Source of the DNA: Minutocellus sp. GHC0000111
Lineage: Eukaryota
Direction: 5' to 3'
Assembly (NCBI GenBank): GCA_977018835.1
Contig: OZ361256.1
Coordinates: forward strand, 7,130,001-7,194,000
DNA: 64,000 bases
A program made the translations under genes and the position numbers. Positions 31,277 to 42,227 of the stretch are shown one piece after another (positions within the stretch are counted from its first letter, which is position 1; every line of letters starts with the position of its first letter). Under the pieces are notes generated by a model. The model ran no database searches. It was not told the origin of the DNA and saw nothing but the letters and a program-made list of their open reading frames with translations.

Positions 31277-34200
31277 TTAATCTTCCTCCTCGCTCATAAC
31301 ATCTTCATCTGATTCTTCATCACTTCCAGCTTCCTCTTCGTACGTCTTCTTAGCTCCGCCTCTCTGACGACGTGGCTTGACAGTCTCAACAGACTCGGGC
31401 ATAGTGCCAAACGTCGGCGCCGATCCATCATCGCGAGAAATAATGAAATCAGTGAGGTCACCGCCAGCCTGATCAAGGTATAGTCCTTTCTCATTACAGA
31501 GGTGGAGAACACAGATAAAGTAAAATGGCAAAGTAACTTCGCTCTGGCCCTGAGAAGCAGCAAGCTCCTTGACAGTGTCCTGGAACGATACAGTTCCCCC
31601 CTTCTCCTCGGCCTTGTCATCTGTAGTTGTTCCGTCATCATTATCCTTGCCGTCCTCATCCATTTTGTCACCGCCATTCTCCTCGACATCGTTATCGTCA
31701 AACTTCTCCGCCTCCTCCTTGACGGCAGTCTTTGTCTCAAGATTATTCCACAAATCTTTCTTGAGGCGTTTGACGTCCACCTTCTTGGCAACGGTGGCAT
31801 AACCAATGTTGACCTTGTTCACCTTGCGAACACCCTCCAACTCCTCGACAACGAAGGACTCGCTGTTGTCATCGGCAAGCTGGAAGCCTGGACCATCGTC
31901 ATCGCAGCCACCGAAAGAATCATCATCTCCATCATCAAAGATGGTAGGGCCCATGTCGAGGAAGCCAACACTCTTACGCGGCAAATCAGAGGAAGATCCA
32001 TCGGCAGGAGTTTTTCTGGGCTGAACCGCAGCATCAGGTCTCATAAAGAGTTTGGAGAGCTGCTCAATACCCACGCCAGCATCCGGAGGGAGAAGATTAT
32101 CGTTCTTCTCCTGCTTTGACAGGACTGCCTTGGTAAGTAGAAGGGGATCGTTCTTGCTCCTGCCCTTTGGCTTCGGCTTATCATTGATCAAGGATTCAAG
32201 ACACGAGGTTGACGTACAGGCCACATCCACAAAAGCTCGTTCCTTCTTCGAGGCTCTCTTCTTGCGAGTCGAAGGCTTATTGGTTGCTGCGGCCTCCCTC
32301 AGCTTCTTAGACCGAATCTTGTCGGTCTTTTTCCAGTGCTCAGACCCAGCCCACATGTTGCCCTTCGTAATCTTGTCAAGGGTGTCGGAGTCGAAGTACT
32401 CGAACTCCCCACCAGCAATGAGTGCATCGGAAGAACAGATAGCATCAAGAAGAGCGGTGGTTGTAGTTCTAGTCCTCATGGCGGTAGTTGGAAGGACATC
32501 ATCGCTGCCACCAGTACCATCCGCCTGGGCGTGAAATTCGACGGAAGAGTACTTTTCAGCATTGGTATCCATAGCGAGGAAGTTTGTGAAGACGGCATCA
32601 TCGTCATCATCAAAGTCGTCATCTTCGCCGCCACCAAAGTCATCGTCATCACCAAACATAACGGGGCCATGGTCATCGTCCCCATCATCATCCATATCGC
32701 CCGCGTCGCCCAGACCTCCGGCAAAGGAAACATTGGCGGCAGACCTGTGACTGCGCTCAATGGCTTCCATGTGGATGGAGCGCTCGGCTTCCTTCTCCTC
32801 CTCATCAGTGACGCCGTAACGGGCAGGCTTCGAGGGAGGACGCCGTCCCTTCTTGCCGTCGTCAGCGAATCCATCCGCCTCCAGGGCAGCAAAGTCGGCA
32901 CGAAGCACCTCCAGTTGTGGGACGAAGGGGAGGGATTCCAGAGAGGAGCCGTTGACGACCTCCTTGAGCTTGGAAACGAGACCAGTAATATCAATCATGC
33001 CCTCCTCTCGATTGTCGTCGGCGGGAGAATCCTCAGATGACTCTTCCTTGTCCTCTGAATCTTCGGGTCCCTCCTCATTGATGGTGTCCATCACCTTGTC
33101 ATCAGCCTCAACCTCGTCCTCTTCGTTCGAAGAAGGTGCGACGGCATTCTCGGTGACGCTATCCTCCTTGGAATCGAACTCGATGCGGCATCCATCTCGG
33201 GCAACGCCAAGGTTGTTCAGGAGCAGACCCTTGGCACCACCCTCGTCGAAGGCCTTGGACATCTTGCGGAAGAGGGGGTCAATGTCGGGGGCAGAGTCGA
33301 GCTTGCTCATGTTGATGTTGGCTGCAGGGGGGGCAGAGATACCAAAAGGCAATTATATTTGCACAATGTTAGCAAGTGCACAAAACGACCAAACATATGG
33401 CATACTCAAATATCACTCCAAGGCACCTGCTATAATACTGCGTAATAACTCACCAAGGTTGGATTCGAGGGTATCGGCAGTGCCGCCACCTCGCTTCTGC
33501 CTCCTGGACCGACCACCAGCCTCGGCATCGCTGTCCTCGTCGTCCATACCTCCGTGACCGTCCTCATCGTCGGCATCTCTGCCCTTCTTCCCACCACTGG
33601 CATCGGTGCGGTTCAGGTTGTGCAAGACCTTGTACGAGGTGAGATGGACGTCGTCGACACGGTAGCCGTAGATCTTGACACTGGCGTCAAGGGTGCACGA
33701 GGCCTTGGTGAAATTGACGCCGGTGGCACCTGCACCGTCGCCGCCAGCACCTCCGGCCCCACCCGCGCCCCCACCGTCGTCGTCGCCATGGACCAGCTTG
33801 TCCATGTTCTCGATGAGCTTGAGGCCCCACGAGTTGCCGGCGTTGATCTTGTTCTCGGCGTTCATGCGGATGGCCTGACGGTACACCTCGCCGAGGTTCT
33901 CGCGGTCGAGCGCCGGGCTGGCATTGGCCTCGTCGTCGTCGTCGGCATCGAAGCGGCCGGAAAGACGAAGGAAGCGGGCCGACGAGCGGCGGCGGCGGGA
34001 CTTGGCCCCGCCCTTCTTCTTACCGCCGATGCTCTTGCGACCGACGGAGCGGCGGGCTGGCTTCTTCTTGGTCGCCGACTGCTTTTTCTCCTGAGAATTC
34101 TCAACGTCGGAGTCATCATCCTTGAGGGGGGCCATGTACGACTCGTCGGCGTCCTCATCGTCGCTGGCGGAAAGGAAGTGCTTCTTGGACCCCATGCTGC

Positions 34201-34357
34201 TCTTCCTGCCGCCGACGCCGGGAGCAGCGGCCATGTAGGACTCGTCGAGGTCCTCATCGTCGCTGGCCAGAACAAGGCCAACGGCAGAATCATCGTTGGG
34301 GTCAATCGCGGCCAGGGCCGATGCGCCAGCTGCTGCCGCACGACGTCCGCGGGGCAT
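31277..34357 (-). CDS. NCAPH: Condensin I kleisin subunit CAP-H/Barren/Brn1; intron 33322-33453
   Basis: ENKINAGNSW, NFTKASCTLDASVKIYGYRVD, DPLFRKMSKAFDEGGAKGLLLNNL, WAGSEHWK, YATVAKKVDVKRLK, FICVLHLCNEKGL. Phase-1 GTGAGT..CAG intron. Confidence 0.95.
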
Positions 34358-35112
34358 AGTGGCGATGATGTTGCAGGGCTACTAATTACCACGTATAGAA
34401 GCAAGCAATGAAAGACTGGCTACCAGGTTGTTAGTGTAGCGGGCACTGAGAGGCGTGGCGATACAACCCCAGGCCCAGAGCAACGGCAAAAATGCCGCTG
34501 TAGCTGTGCCGATTTCTGAGAATCATCGTCTCATCGGCTCATCTGTCTGTCTGAATTGACGGTCTGGCCGCCTCTCCCGAGGTTGAGGAGAACTGGATGA
34601 ACACACTCACCTCCAGAGAAGTTCATGCATGACAATTTTCTAGGAATTCCTACATGCATACATAGACGTTTATTAGATCGACATAAGTTACATGTACCGG
34701 TACGAAAGAGGATACAACACGGGATAACTGTTACGATGCAAGATAAAACTACTCACAACAACTCTAGAGTAGATGACGCATAAAGATCCAGCAGATTGAA
34801 TTCAGAGTTTATTTTTTGTTCCGTTTGTAGTGTTATCACTTTCTCTGCAGTTTTGGACAGCTCAGAACATGCTGAGATGTAGACTAAGATCAGATGGAAA
34901 TATCTTCAACAATATTTTACGGACGGGTAGATCTACATGTGTAGCTAGGTACCGGTACAGTACGGGGTACATATGTACGTGTTTCTCTCTGCTCGTCACT
35001 CGAGGAGATCTGCGTACCGGTAGCTACGTAGAGAGTGCGGGTATTGGGAGCAATTCCATGGTTACAGGAGCGGCCCTGAGTATCATTACGAATAAGAAAG
35101 ACGAAGTTTCTG

Positions 35113-35279
35113 CGGTGAATTCCCTTGACTCTATTGATCTTGCCCTCAAGATGACATTTTGATCAAAAGTTTACGTACCCGTAGTAGATTCTATTTATAC
35201 ATGTATACCGAATCTACCTAAACGTTTATCAAATTGTCGTCTTGTGGGCAAGATCAATAGAATCAAGGCAATTCACCGA
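35113..35279. repeat. Long imperfect inverted repeat (~50-bp arms) centred on TATACATGTATA
   Basis: cggtgaattcccttgactctattgatcttgccctcaagatgacattttgat ... atcaaattgtcgtcttgtgggcaagatcaatagaatcaaggcaattcaccg. Confidence 0.85.
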
Positions 35280-35283
35280 TATA

Positions 35284-35486
35284 GGAAGGGGGGCATGCCC
35301 CAGCTGATAATTTGCTATCCCAGGTGATAAATCGGATGAACCATCGGATGAACCAGGGATTTTTATGTGAAGTTGGCCACTCTTTAGGCCAGTCTTAACT
35401 TTTTCGCACAAAACTGGTTCATCCGATGGTTCATCCAAATTATCACCTCGTCAGGCGAATTATCACCTGGAGAGTGCCCCCCTTCC
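35284..35486. mobile_element. Foldback MITE (203 bp), termini GGAA..TTCC, TA target duplication
   Basis: TA|ggaaggggggca ... tgccccccttcc|TA, with internal inverted arms ggtgataa..ggatgaaccatcggatgaaccag / ctggttcatccgatggttcatcc..ttatcacc. Confidence 0.85.
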
Positions 35487-35713
35487 TATACATGTTTACG
35501 TAGATTCTATTGTACATAACAACACACATATATTGTGTGCAGTACCATGGTATGGGCCGAATATTCTCTACCAGTAGCTAGCTCATGTATGAATCTTTGG
35601 GGCCTCGTACAACATGACTGGCTCTGAAAGAATCCTAAACCCACAACGTTCGTTGTTTATTTCTTCTTACCGATACTACATGTATTGTACACGCAATTCC
35701 TTCAGATCTCGAC

Positions 35714-36345
35714 CTACATCCCACGATATGCCGCATCGCAGCACGCATCTACATCTTGGCAGTCTCGACAGCACCATTCAAAGCAGCAAAGGCACCAAAA
35801 GATGTCGGAACAGCAGCCTCCGCCACCACCCCCCCTTCTTCCGTAACCATAGCCATAGCCGTACCTCGGTCGGCAGCAACCGCAGCAGGCTCCACATATG
35901 CAGCTGAATATTGTCGACAAGACGGACAATAGAATGATGAGGCAGAACCATTGCATTCCTGTCCACTCCAAGGGCGTCGTATCAGCCAAGGAGGAAATGA
36001 CATCCTCAAAGTCGTGGACCTTGCCCTCGTAATCTTGCAGCTTCCGTCTTCTTCCTTCGTCTCCTTCCTCCACCCCTTCGTCTCGTCGTGCTGCTGCGCT
36101 GCTCTGCGCAAGCTCCGTTTCCGCCGACGTTCTCGAGAGATTTGACGCCCTATGTTGCTATGATGCGCATCTATTTGTTTGACCGTTGCAGTTGTGGTAC
36201 TAGCTTGTATTTCTGTATGAAATCGATCACCAACTGGTCGCGTCGAGACCACCTTTATTCGAGACGGAGATGATGAAGCTGCTGCATTTGGCGAAAAAAT
36301 CACTAATATTATCAGCAAGCTGCTGAGGGCTCCATGTTGCACCAT
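35714..36345 (-). CDS. Signal-peptide, single-pass membrane protein with Cys-rich tail (frameshift at 36073-36076)
   Basis: N-terminal signal peptide, RRRKLQ (RXL) site, TM helix, then CICGACCGCC..GCCSDIFWCLCCFEWCCRDC. The two ORFs join if one G is added to the G run. Confidence 0.65.
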
Positions 36346-36635
36346 GCCTTTTTTTCTCGGGCTTAGTGTGCGCTACTGTAGGCCTAGCAAGCGGTGCTTG
36401 TGGGCGACTGTTACCGACTAGTAGGTATTCGAGTATGCACCCTTGCCGCCGTCATGGCGCGGTCCGAGGAGCTGGGTCCCGAAAGCGAAAGTAGGAATCT
36501 TCTCGCCAAAAATTGCTGGTGGCACCCAGGTGGCACCCCGCGCCCGTCAGGCCCCTCCCGGCTCAACCCTCTACAAAGAGTGAAAGATAAAAAGACCGGC
36601 AACCCCCAAGCGACCTCATACAGATCAATGAAGCC

Positions 36636-37124
36636 ATGTCACAACAAAAGCAGCAGCAACATGTGCGAGTAGGGGTGGGCGTGCTGGTGAAGGATGCAAA
36701 GTCCGCCATCGGCAAGGTATTTGCTGGGAAGCGAAAGGGAAGTCACGGCGCGGGAACGCTCGCTTTGCCAGGAGGTCACTTGGAGTTGTTCGAAACATGG
36801 CAAGAATGCGCCATACGAGAAGTCAAAGAGGAAATGGGTATCGACATTCATAATGTTGTATTTGGTCATGTGACCAACGATCCAATGGAGTCGGAAGGCA
36901 AACACTACATCACAATATTCATGCTGGCAGAGGTTGTGGATCATGACGCCACACTAATCAACTGCGAGCCCCACAAGTGCGAGGGATGGGAATCGTACAG
37001 CTGGGATGAATTGCAGCAGATATATGACGGAAGAGATTATTCAGGAGCGTCGCTGTTTGGGCCGTTGCGCCATTTAGTAGAAGAAAGTCCAAAGAAGATT
37101 CGTGCCTTTCTCGATAGAATATGA
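36636..37124 (+). CDS. Nudix hydrolase (NUDT15/AtNUDT1-like)
   Basis: RVGVGV, RKGSHGAG, Nudix box GGHLELFETWQECAIREVKEEMG, EPHKCEGWESY, LFGPL. Confidence 0.9.
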   Translation: MSQQKQQQHVRVGVGVLVKDAKSAIGKVFAGKRKGSHGAGTLALPGGHLELFETWQECAIREVKEEMGIDIHNVVFGHVTNDPMESEGKHYITIFMLAEVVDHDATLINCEPHKCEGWESYSWDELQQIYDGRDYSGASLFGPLRHLVEESPKKIRAFLDRI

Positions 37125-37230
37125 GCTCATGCTGCTAAGGAGTCTCAATAAGGTACAGTAGTATTGGTACAGTGGTATTCTTTTCCTGATTCAGAAAGTA
37201 ACACCGCATGTACTCATGGTCACATATTAC

Positions 37231-38799
37231 TTATGGATTACTACAGCTGCGTTCAATAGCCTGCCGCAAAACTATGAGACCTCTCGCTAGGATGCTTCTC
37301 CTCCACGCTTCCGTTCTAATATAGAAAGCATCCCGTGAAAACTGAGACCAATATGGCTGAAACTCTCTTGCATAATTGTAAGCCATATTTTCTAAAATCA
37401 TGCCCCTTGCCACCATGATCCCGGGGAACGTGCCAAATTCTTGTGTCACAATGAGAGGATGCGCGCTGGGCGATGATTCCTGAAACAATAGGGCATAATA
37501 CTCATTCAAAATACCTCTTGATAAATCGTATCCAGAAGTGACATCGCCGCCACCCAAGCCATCTGACTCACCACCCTGTCCAAAGTGATACTGTACCGGG
37601 CGAGGCGCTCCGTAAAAATAATCATCTGCCCCTTCGCCCTTCGTGCCGTCCCTTTTGTCTGTACCGTGGGCAAGTAACGTGTCTATACCAGATGGCCCTA
37701 GACCGGTATGAACATCTATCCAAGTGAGCATGTCCGCATTTGTCGTGAACCCCTTTTTGACCAAAAACTCCTGCAACAGCAAATGAGAAGCCTGTAACTC
37801 GTTTCCCCCATAGAAGATGCCATGCGAATATTCATACGTGCCCGCCACAAGCGACCTCTTCATATTGACGTAGCCATATTTGATAATGGCGTAGGCCGCC
37901 TTGACAAAGACAGTGAAGTAAGCATTGAACAAAGTTGGAGCACGGCGGGGATTGAACAAGGCTTCGTCAAAATCCTCATAACCTGCTACATTTCCCCGTG
38001 TCAACACTTCTGGCCATTCATTAGGGAACAGGGCGTTCCGATTCAAATCTACATTGTTCTCGTTGAATCTCCGATAATGAGCCATTCCGTATGGGTTGAG
38101 AACATGGACAAGAAGAACAGTTGTTGCGGGCAGAACATTTAGCAGGTCATCACTATTCGGTTCCAATTTATTCTCCAATGATCTCGCTAGATGATCCAGA
38201 AAGGCAACCTGGACCGCACTACCAGCGAACCTTCAAGTGTTTGAGTTTGATAGAGGTAGAATTGTACATGTATTGGTCAAGCCATTCGCACCACCATTTG
38301 CACATACACGAGCACCACTAACTCAAAATTTTCGATCAAAGGCCAAACAATTAGAATTCGTAAACTCACCCTCAACTCCATGGCATCCCGAACTGTGGAT
38401 GGTCAGACCCTTCGTTTCGCTTCCAGATCCTGGAATCACAGCAATATCGATTGTGTAGTCTTGTCCTGGCATCACAGACAACGTGTGGAGCTTCACCGTC
38501 GGCATCTGTTCCGCCAGCCGACGAGTTGCGAAGCGGAATTTCGCTCTGGCCTCAAAGTACGATTCCGAAAATGCCTGGCATGGCCTGGCACGAATCTGTC
38601 CCAATAAGCGATTGATTTTATTATTGCTGTGGTTGGGTCCATTCATTTCGTCTACTTCAATCCAATCGCTTCGTTCATCATCTGATAAGGAGCACATGCC
38701 GACCGGGCCATGCAATTGTTGGGTTCTGATGAAATGCTGGACAAGCGATGCCAGCACGGCCACCCCCAAGTACCGGTATATTGAGGATGAAACGGGCAT
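37231..38799 (-). CDS. DUF2817 / M14 zinc carboxypeptidase-like protein; intron ~38231-38369
   Basis: FSESYFEARAKF, SSGCHGVEG(F)AGSAVQ, HVLNPYGM, RRFNENNVDLNRN, IDVHTGLG, QEFGT. The exon join needs one extra T at 38228-38229. Confidence 0.85.
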
Positions 38800-39122
38800 T
38801 GCGGTATTGTTGGTTAGTATTTGTTGATGCGGCGGAGAATACACGGCGGGCTGGAATAAGCACATGATATGAGCGTATCTCCGTGAACCAAAGGGGAAAA
38901 GACGAAAAGACAACGTTGCAACGTACCGTACCTAGCTAGGCCTAGGTACCTAGGCCTAGGTACGTAAACGGAATTCTAGAATAGCACGCACGCGAGCGAA
39001 ACCGCGGCCACGCACTTGCCTTTGCTGCTTTGCTTGCTTGCCCCCTTGTCCTTCGTCGCAGCTGATATGCAGTCATATTCCTAATCAGAGCACAGCTAAC
39101 ACCCGAGCCTCTCAGAGCAAAC

Positions 39123-39824
39123 ATGAAGATTATCACCACCTCTTTGTTATTGCTGCCGTTGGTGGCGGCGTTTGCGCCCCAGCCGCTCGCCCGTCGCATA
39201 CAAAGTCACAACAACCTCCACTTGTCATCTCACGAAGATTCCATTCCGGCATCTGATGCGTGCAGCACCGCGGATGGTGGGAATTTCCTCGGCAAGACTG
39301 GCGAAGCCGTTAAGAGAAGTCTTGCTGCTGGGCTCCTATCGCTCTCTGTAATGACCAACCTGTCGTCGATGATGCCTGCCGACATGACGGTCGCCAATGC
39401 AGCAGGAAGCACCGTAATCGGCGAAATTGCTGGATCTGGACTTGTCTTCAAGGACACACTTGTGGTGGAACAATTCGACGACCCGAAGGTCAAGGGAGTT
39501 TCGCTTTACATCTCAAACTTCCAGAAACCAATGACGGAGAAGATTGCGAAAGGAGAGATCTTTTCCGACCCATCTTTCGCCAGTGTGAGCTGCGCCCGAA
39601 CTGGACCCATCACCATTGCCGACAATATCGCCAAGGGAAAGCAGGGCGAGGAAGTGTTTGAGGAAAGCAAGTCCCTTCTCTTCAAAACGTTGCGTGTGCA
39701 GAGAATTTATGACGAGGAGCGTGGCGTCGTTGTGTATGTTAGCTTCAACACGAGATTGGACAAGAATTCCGACAGCAATAAGGCTCGGTTCAAAAGTAGT
39801 ACCTGTGCGATCGGTCTGAATTAG
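39123..39824 (+). CDS. creA: CreA-family protein, probably plastid/thylakoid lumen targeted
   Basis: VVEQFDDPKVKGVSLYIS, ASVSC..GPI, GEEVFEESKSLLFKTLRVQRIYD. Tripartite presequence (AAFAP, then hydrophobic stretch ending ANA). Confidence 0.85.
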   Translation: MKIITTSLLLLPLVAAFAPQPLARRIQSHNNLHLSSHEDSIPASDACSTADGGNFLGKTGEAVKRSLAAGLLSLSVMTNLSSMMPADMTVANAAGSTVIGEIAGSGLVFKDTLVVEQFDDPKVKGVSLYISNFQKPMTEKIAKGEIFSDPSFASVSCARTGPITIADNIAKGKQGEEVFEESKSLLFKTLRVQRIYDEERGVVVYVSFNTRLDKNSDSNKARFKSSTCAIGLN

Positions 39825-39914
39825 CAAAAGATGCCAGATTTTAGATATATATCCATAGCATTTTGAATGCAGCAAACATTAGCATTTGAATATATTTAGG
39901 AATTGGTTAGATTC

Positions 39915-41039
39915 CTACACTTGCTCTACATGTGCGGGGAAGCACTTAGTGCAGCAGTCACAGTCTCGCTTGACATCGCAATTCGTCCAAAGATGTTCCA
40001 ATTTCTTGCTCCCCGTTGTGCGCAGATTGCATATTTCCGTCGGCAGAGTACCAGCAGCGTCGCCACCAAATGCGTTCCCATGAAGAGTAAGTGCCTCCAA
40101 TTTCTTGAGGCTTCCAAGTTCCGAGGGGACAGCACCTGTCAATTCACATCCGTGCATCCAAAGCCATTGCATATTCCTCAATTGGCCGATCTGGGTTGAT
40201 ATTGTCCCTTCCAGCTTGCTACCGTACACCCTGAGAGAGGAAAGTTTGGAGAGGTTGTACAGTGAATCTGGAATCGTCCCACCAATGGCAGTGTCGAACA
40301 AACTCAACGATTGCATGTGCGTCACGTCGCCAATCCATTGTGGTACTGACCCTCCGAGCTCGGAGTTGGAAGATAACCAAAGCAACTCCAAATTGTTACT
40401 CAACAAAGACAGCTCGTCGGGGATGGAAGCCGATAGGCCGTTGTTGCTCAAATCTATCCAAGTGACCAGACCCTTCTTTTGTTCGTCCGAACATGTCAAG
40501 CCGAACCATGCACATACGGAACCAGTGGATAAAAAGTGAGAAGACGATTGCAAGCCACTTCCATCGGATGATTCACAATTGGAGGTCAAATCGCGAGAGC
40601 ACTCCCTCCAGCCATCTCCCCCGGTCGCAAAGTACAGCACTGCCAGAGCGTATCTTTGTGCAAGGTCGGTATTGGCATCGACTTGGAATTGTGGTGTCGA
40701 AGTGGTCGTTCCGGCATCTCGCAGGTTCTCGTCACCACCCGACATTTGCGACAACCACCGGAGTGCTTCCTTTTGTGGTGATTCGGCGCTATTGCCTGAT
40801 CCAGCACCGGCACTAGTAGTAGTATGAGCGAGGACATGGTCCAAGGGACCAGTCAAATCCGGGCCGCCATATTTTTGTCTCCTATCCACGGCAATTCGCC
40901 GTAGTTTCTCTGCCGTCTGTTGCAGTGCCGTTAAGTCGCTATCGGCATCGATTGCTGCTGCTGCTGCTGAGACCTGGTGAGCCGTCGCGGCGGCAGCAAA
41001 CACAGCCAGAGCAGAAATGCCTTTACGTGGGCGTATCAT
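39915..41039 (-). CDS. Secreted leucine-rich repeat protein (diatom-expanded family)
   Basis: Signal peptide, QRYALAVLYFATGGDGW, CAWFGLTC cap, LxGxIPxxLxxL repeats, C-terminal CDCCTKCF. Confidence 0.9.
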   Translation of the reverse strand: MIRPRKGISALAVFAAAATAHQVSAAAAAIDADSDLTALQQTAEKLRRIAVDRRQKYGGPDLTGPLDHVLAHTTTSAGAGSGNSAESPQKEALRWLSQMSGGDENLRDAGTTTSTPQFQVDANTDLAQRYALAVLYFATGGDGWRECSRDLTSNCESSDGSGLQSSSHFLSTGSVCAWFGLTCSDEQKKGLVTWIDLSNNGLSASIPDELSLLSNNLELLWLSSNSELGGSVPQWIGDVTHMQSLSLFDTAIGGTIPDSLYNLSKLSSLRVYGSKLEGTISTQIGQLRNMQWLWMHGCELTGAVPSELGSLKKLEALTLHGNAFGGDAAGTLPTEICNLRTTGSKKLEHLWTNCDVKRDCDCCTKCFPAHVEQV

Positions 41040-41342
41040 CGGGGAATTCCTTCGTACTAGTAGGGATCCCTACACGTGATAAGTGACTCGACTCAACGCT
41101 AACGGCGGTCGGTATCTGCAGTGTGCTTGTGCTCGCCGGTCGAGCGTAGGCTTCTTAAAATCACGAATAAATTCACACGATCTCTGCTCTGGTGACCAAG
41201 AAATTTACCCAATTTTTGGATTTAAAGTACAATTTACAGAAGCCTACGCTCTATGTGTACCGATCCCGACAATAATTCTTTCGTCGTTCCTTTACGACTT
41301 GCCATCTCTTCTACTGAAAGAGCGCAGCAGTAACCCTTCAAC

Positions 41343-42026
41343 ATGATGCATTCTCTCACCAGGTCGGTGGTACAGAGCCGCGCTTCAGCACTTGCCTTCT
41401 CCTCTTTCCGAACGGTCGTTTCCAGTTCGCCCAGTGCTAGCGCTGGTACCGCTGGTAGCCGAGCAGCCACGTTCATCGGACGGCAAGCCATGTTATCGGT
41501 CGCATTCGGTACAATATCCTCCGGAACTGCCATCGCATTCTGCGACGATGGCAAGGGCAACGGTGGTGGCGCCGATGATATCATGAAGAAAATCAAGTCC
41601 ATGATTCCGAGTTCCGATGGCGAGGGAGGATTTGACGTTAGTTCCGTGATGGACAAGGTCGCCACCGAGGTTGGGTCCAAGGTGGCCGAGGCAGTGGAGA
41701 CGGGCGTACCGACGCAGCTTTCCTACGGATTCATGTCGGGATTCTGTTCGGGATATGCCCTGAAAAAGGTAGGGAAGGTTGCTGCCATCGTGTTAGGTGG
41801 CGGATTCATGGCCCTCCAAACGCTAGCCTATTCTGGATATGTCGAGGTGGACCACGGCAAGCTGAAGAAAGATATCGAGGGAATGATGGATCTGAACAAG
41901 GATGGGAAAATAGACAAGGAAGATTTCAACAAGGCGTCTGAAGACATCATGGAGGTCCTATCGTTTGGACTCCCGGCTGGTGCTGGTTTTGGCGCCGGCT
42001 TCTTGTTTGGACTGAAACAGGGATAA
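41343..42026 (+). CDS. FUN14-family mitochondrial outer-membrane protein with EF-hand-like loop
   Basis: QLSYGFMSGFCSGYALKKVGKVAA..GGGFMALQTLAYSGYVEVD, DLNKDGKIDKED, GFGAGFLFG. Confidence 0.85.
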   Translation: MMHSLTRSVVQSRASALAFSSFRTVVSSSPSASAGTAGSRAATFIGRQAMLSVAFGTISSGTAIAFCDDGKGNGGGADDIMKKIKSMIPSSDGEGGFDVSSVMDKVATEVGSKVAEAVETGVPTQLSYGFMSGFCSGYALKKVGKVAAIVLGGGFMALQTLAYSGYVEVDHGKLKKDIEGMMDLNKDGKIDKEDFNKASEDIMEVLSFGLPAGAGFGAGFLFGLKQG

Positions 42027-42227
42027 CAAAACAAGGGCAAAAGCGATTGATCCCGACTTAGACATATGCATTCGAACACGCCATCTCAAAGATCGATAAG
42101 AACCAGTAGTTTTGATTTAGAAACAAAACAAATTGCCTCTATGTAGTAGTATTAATGTCTTTCAAAAGGGGAAAAAAATAGTTGTACAAAAAGTATTCAA
42201 AAACTCAATCAAAATTCACAAAAAAAG

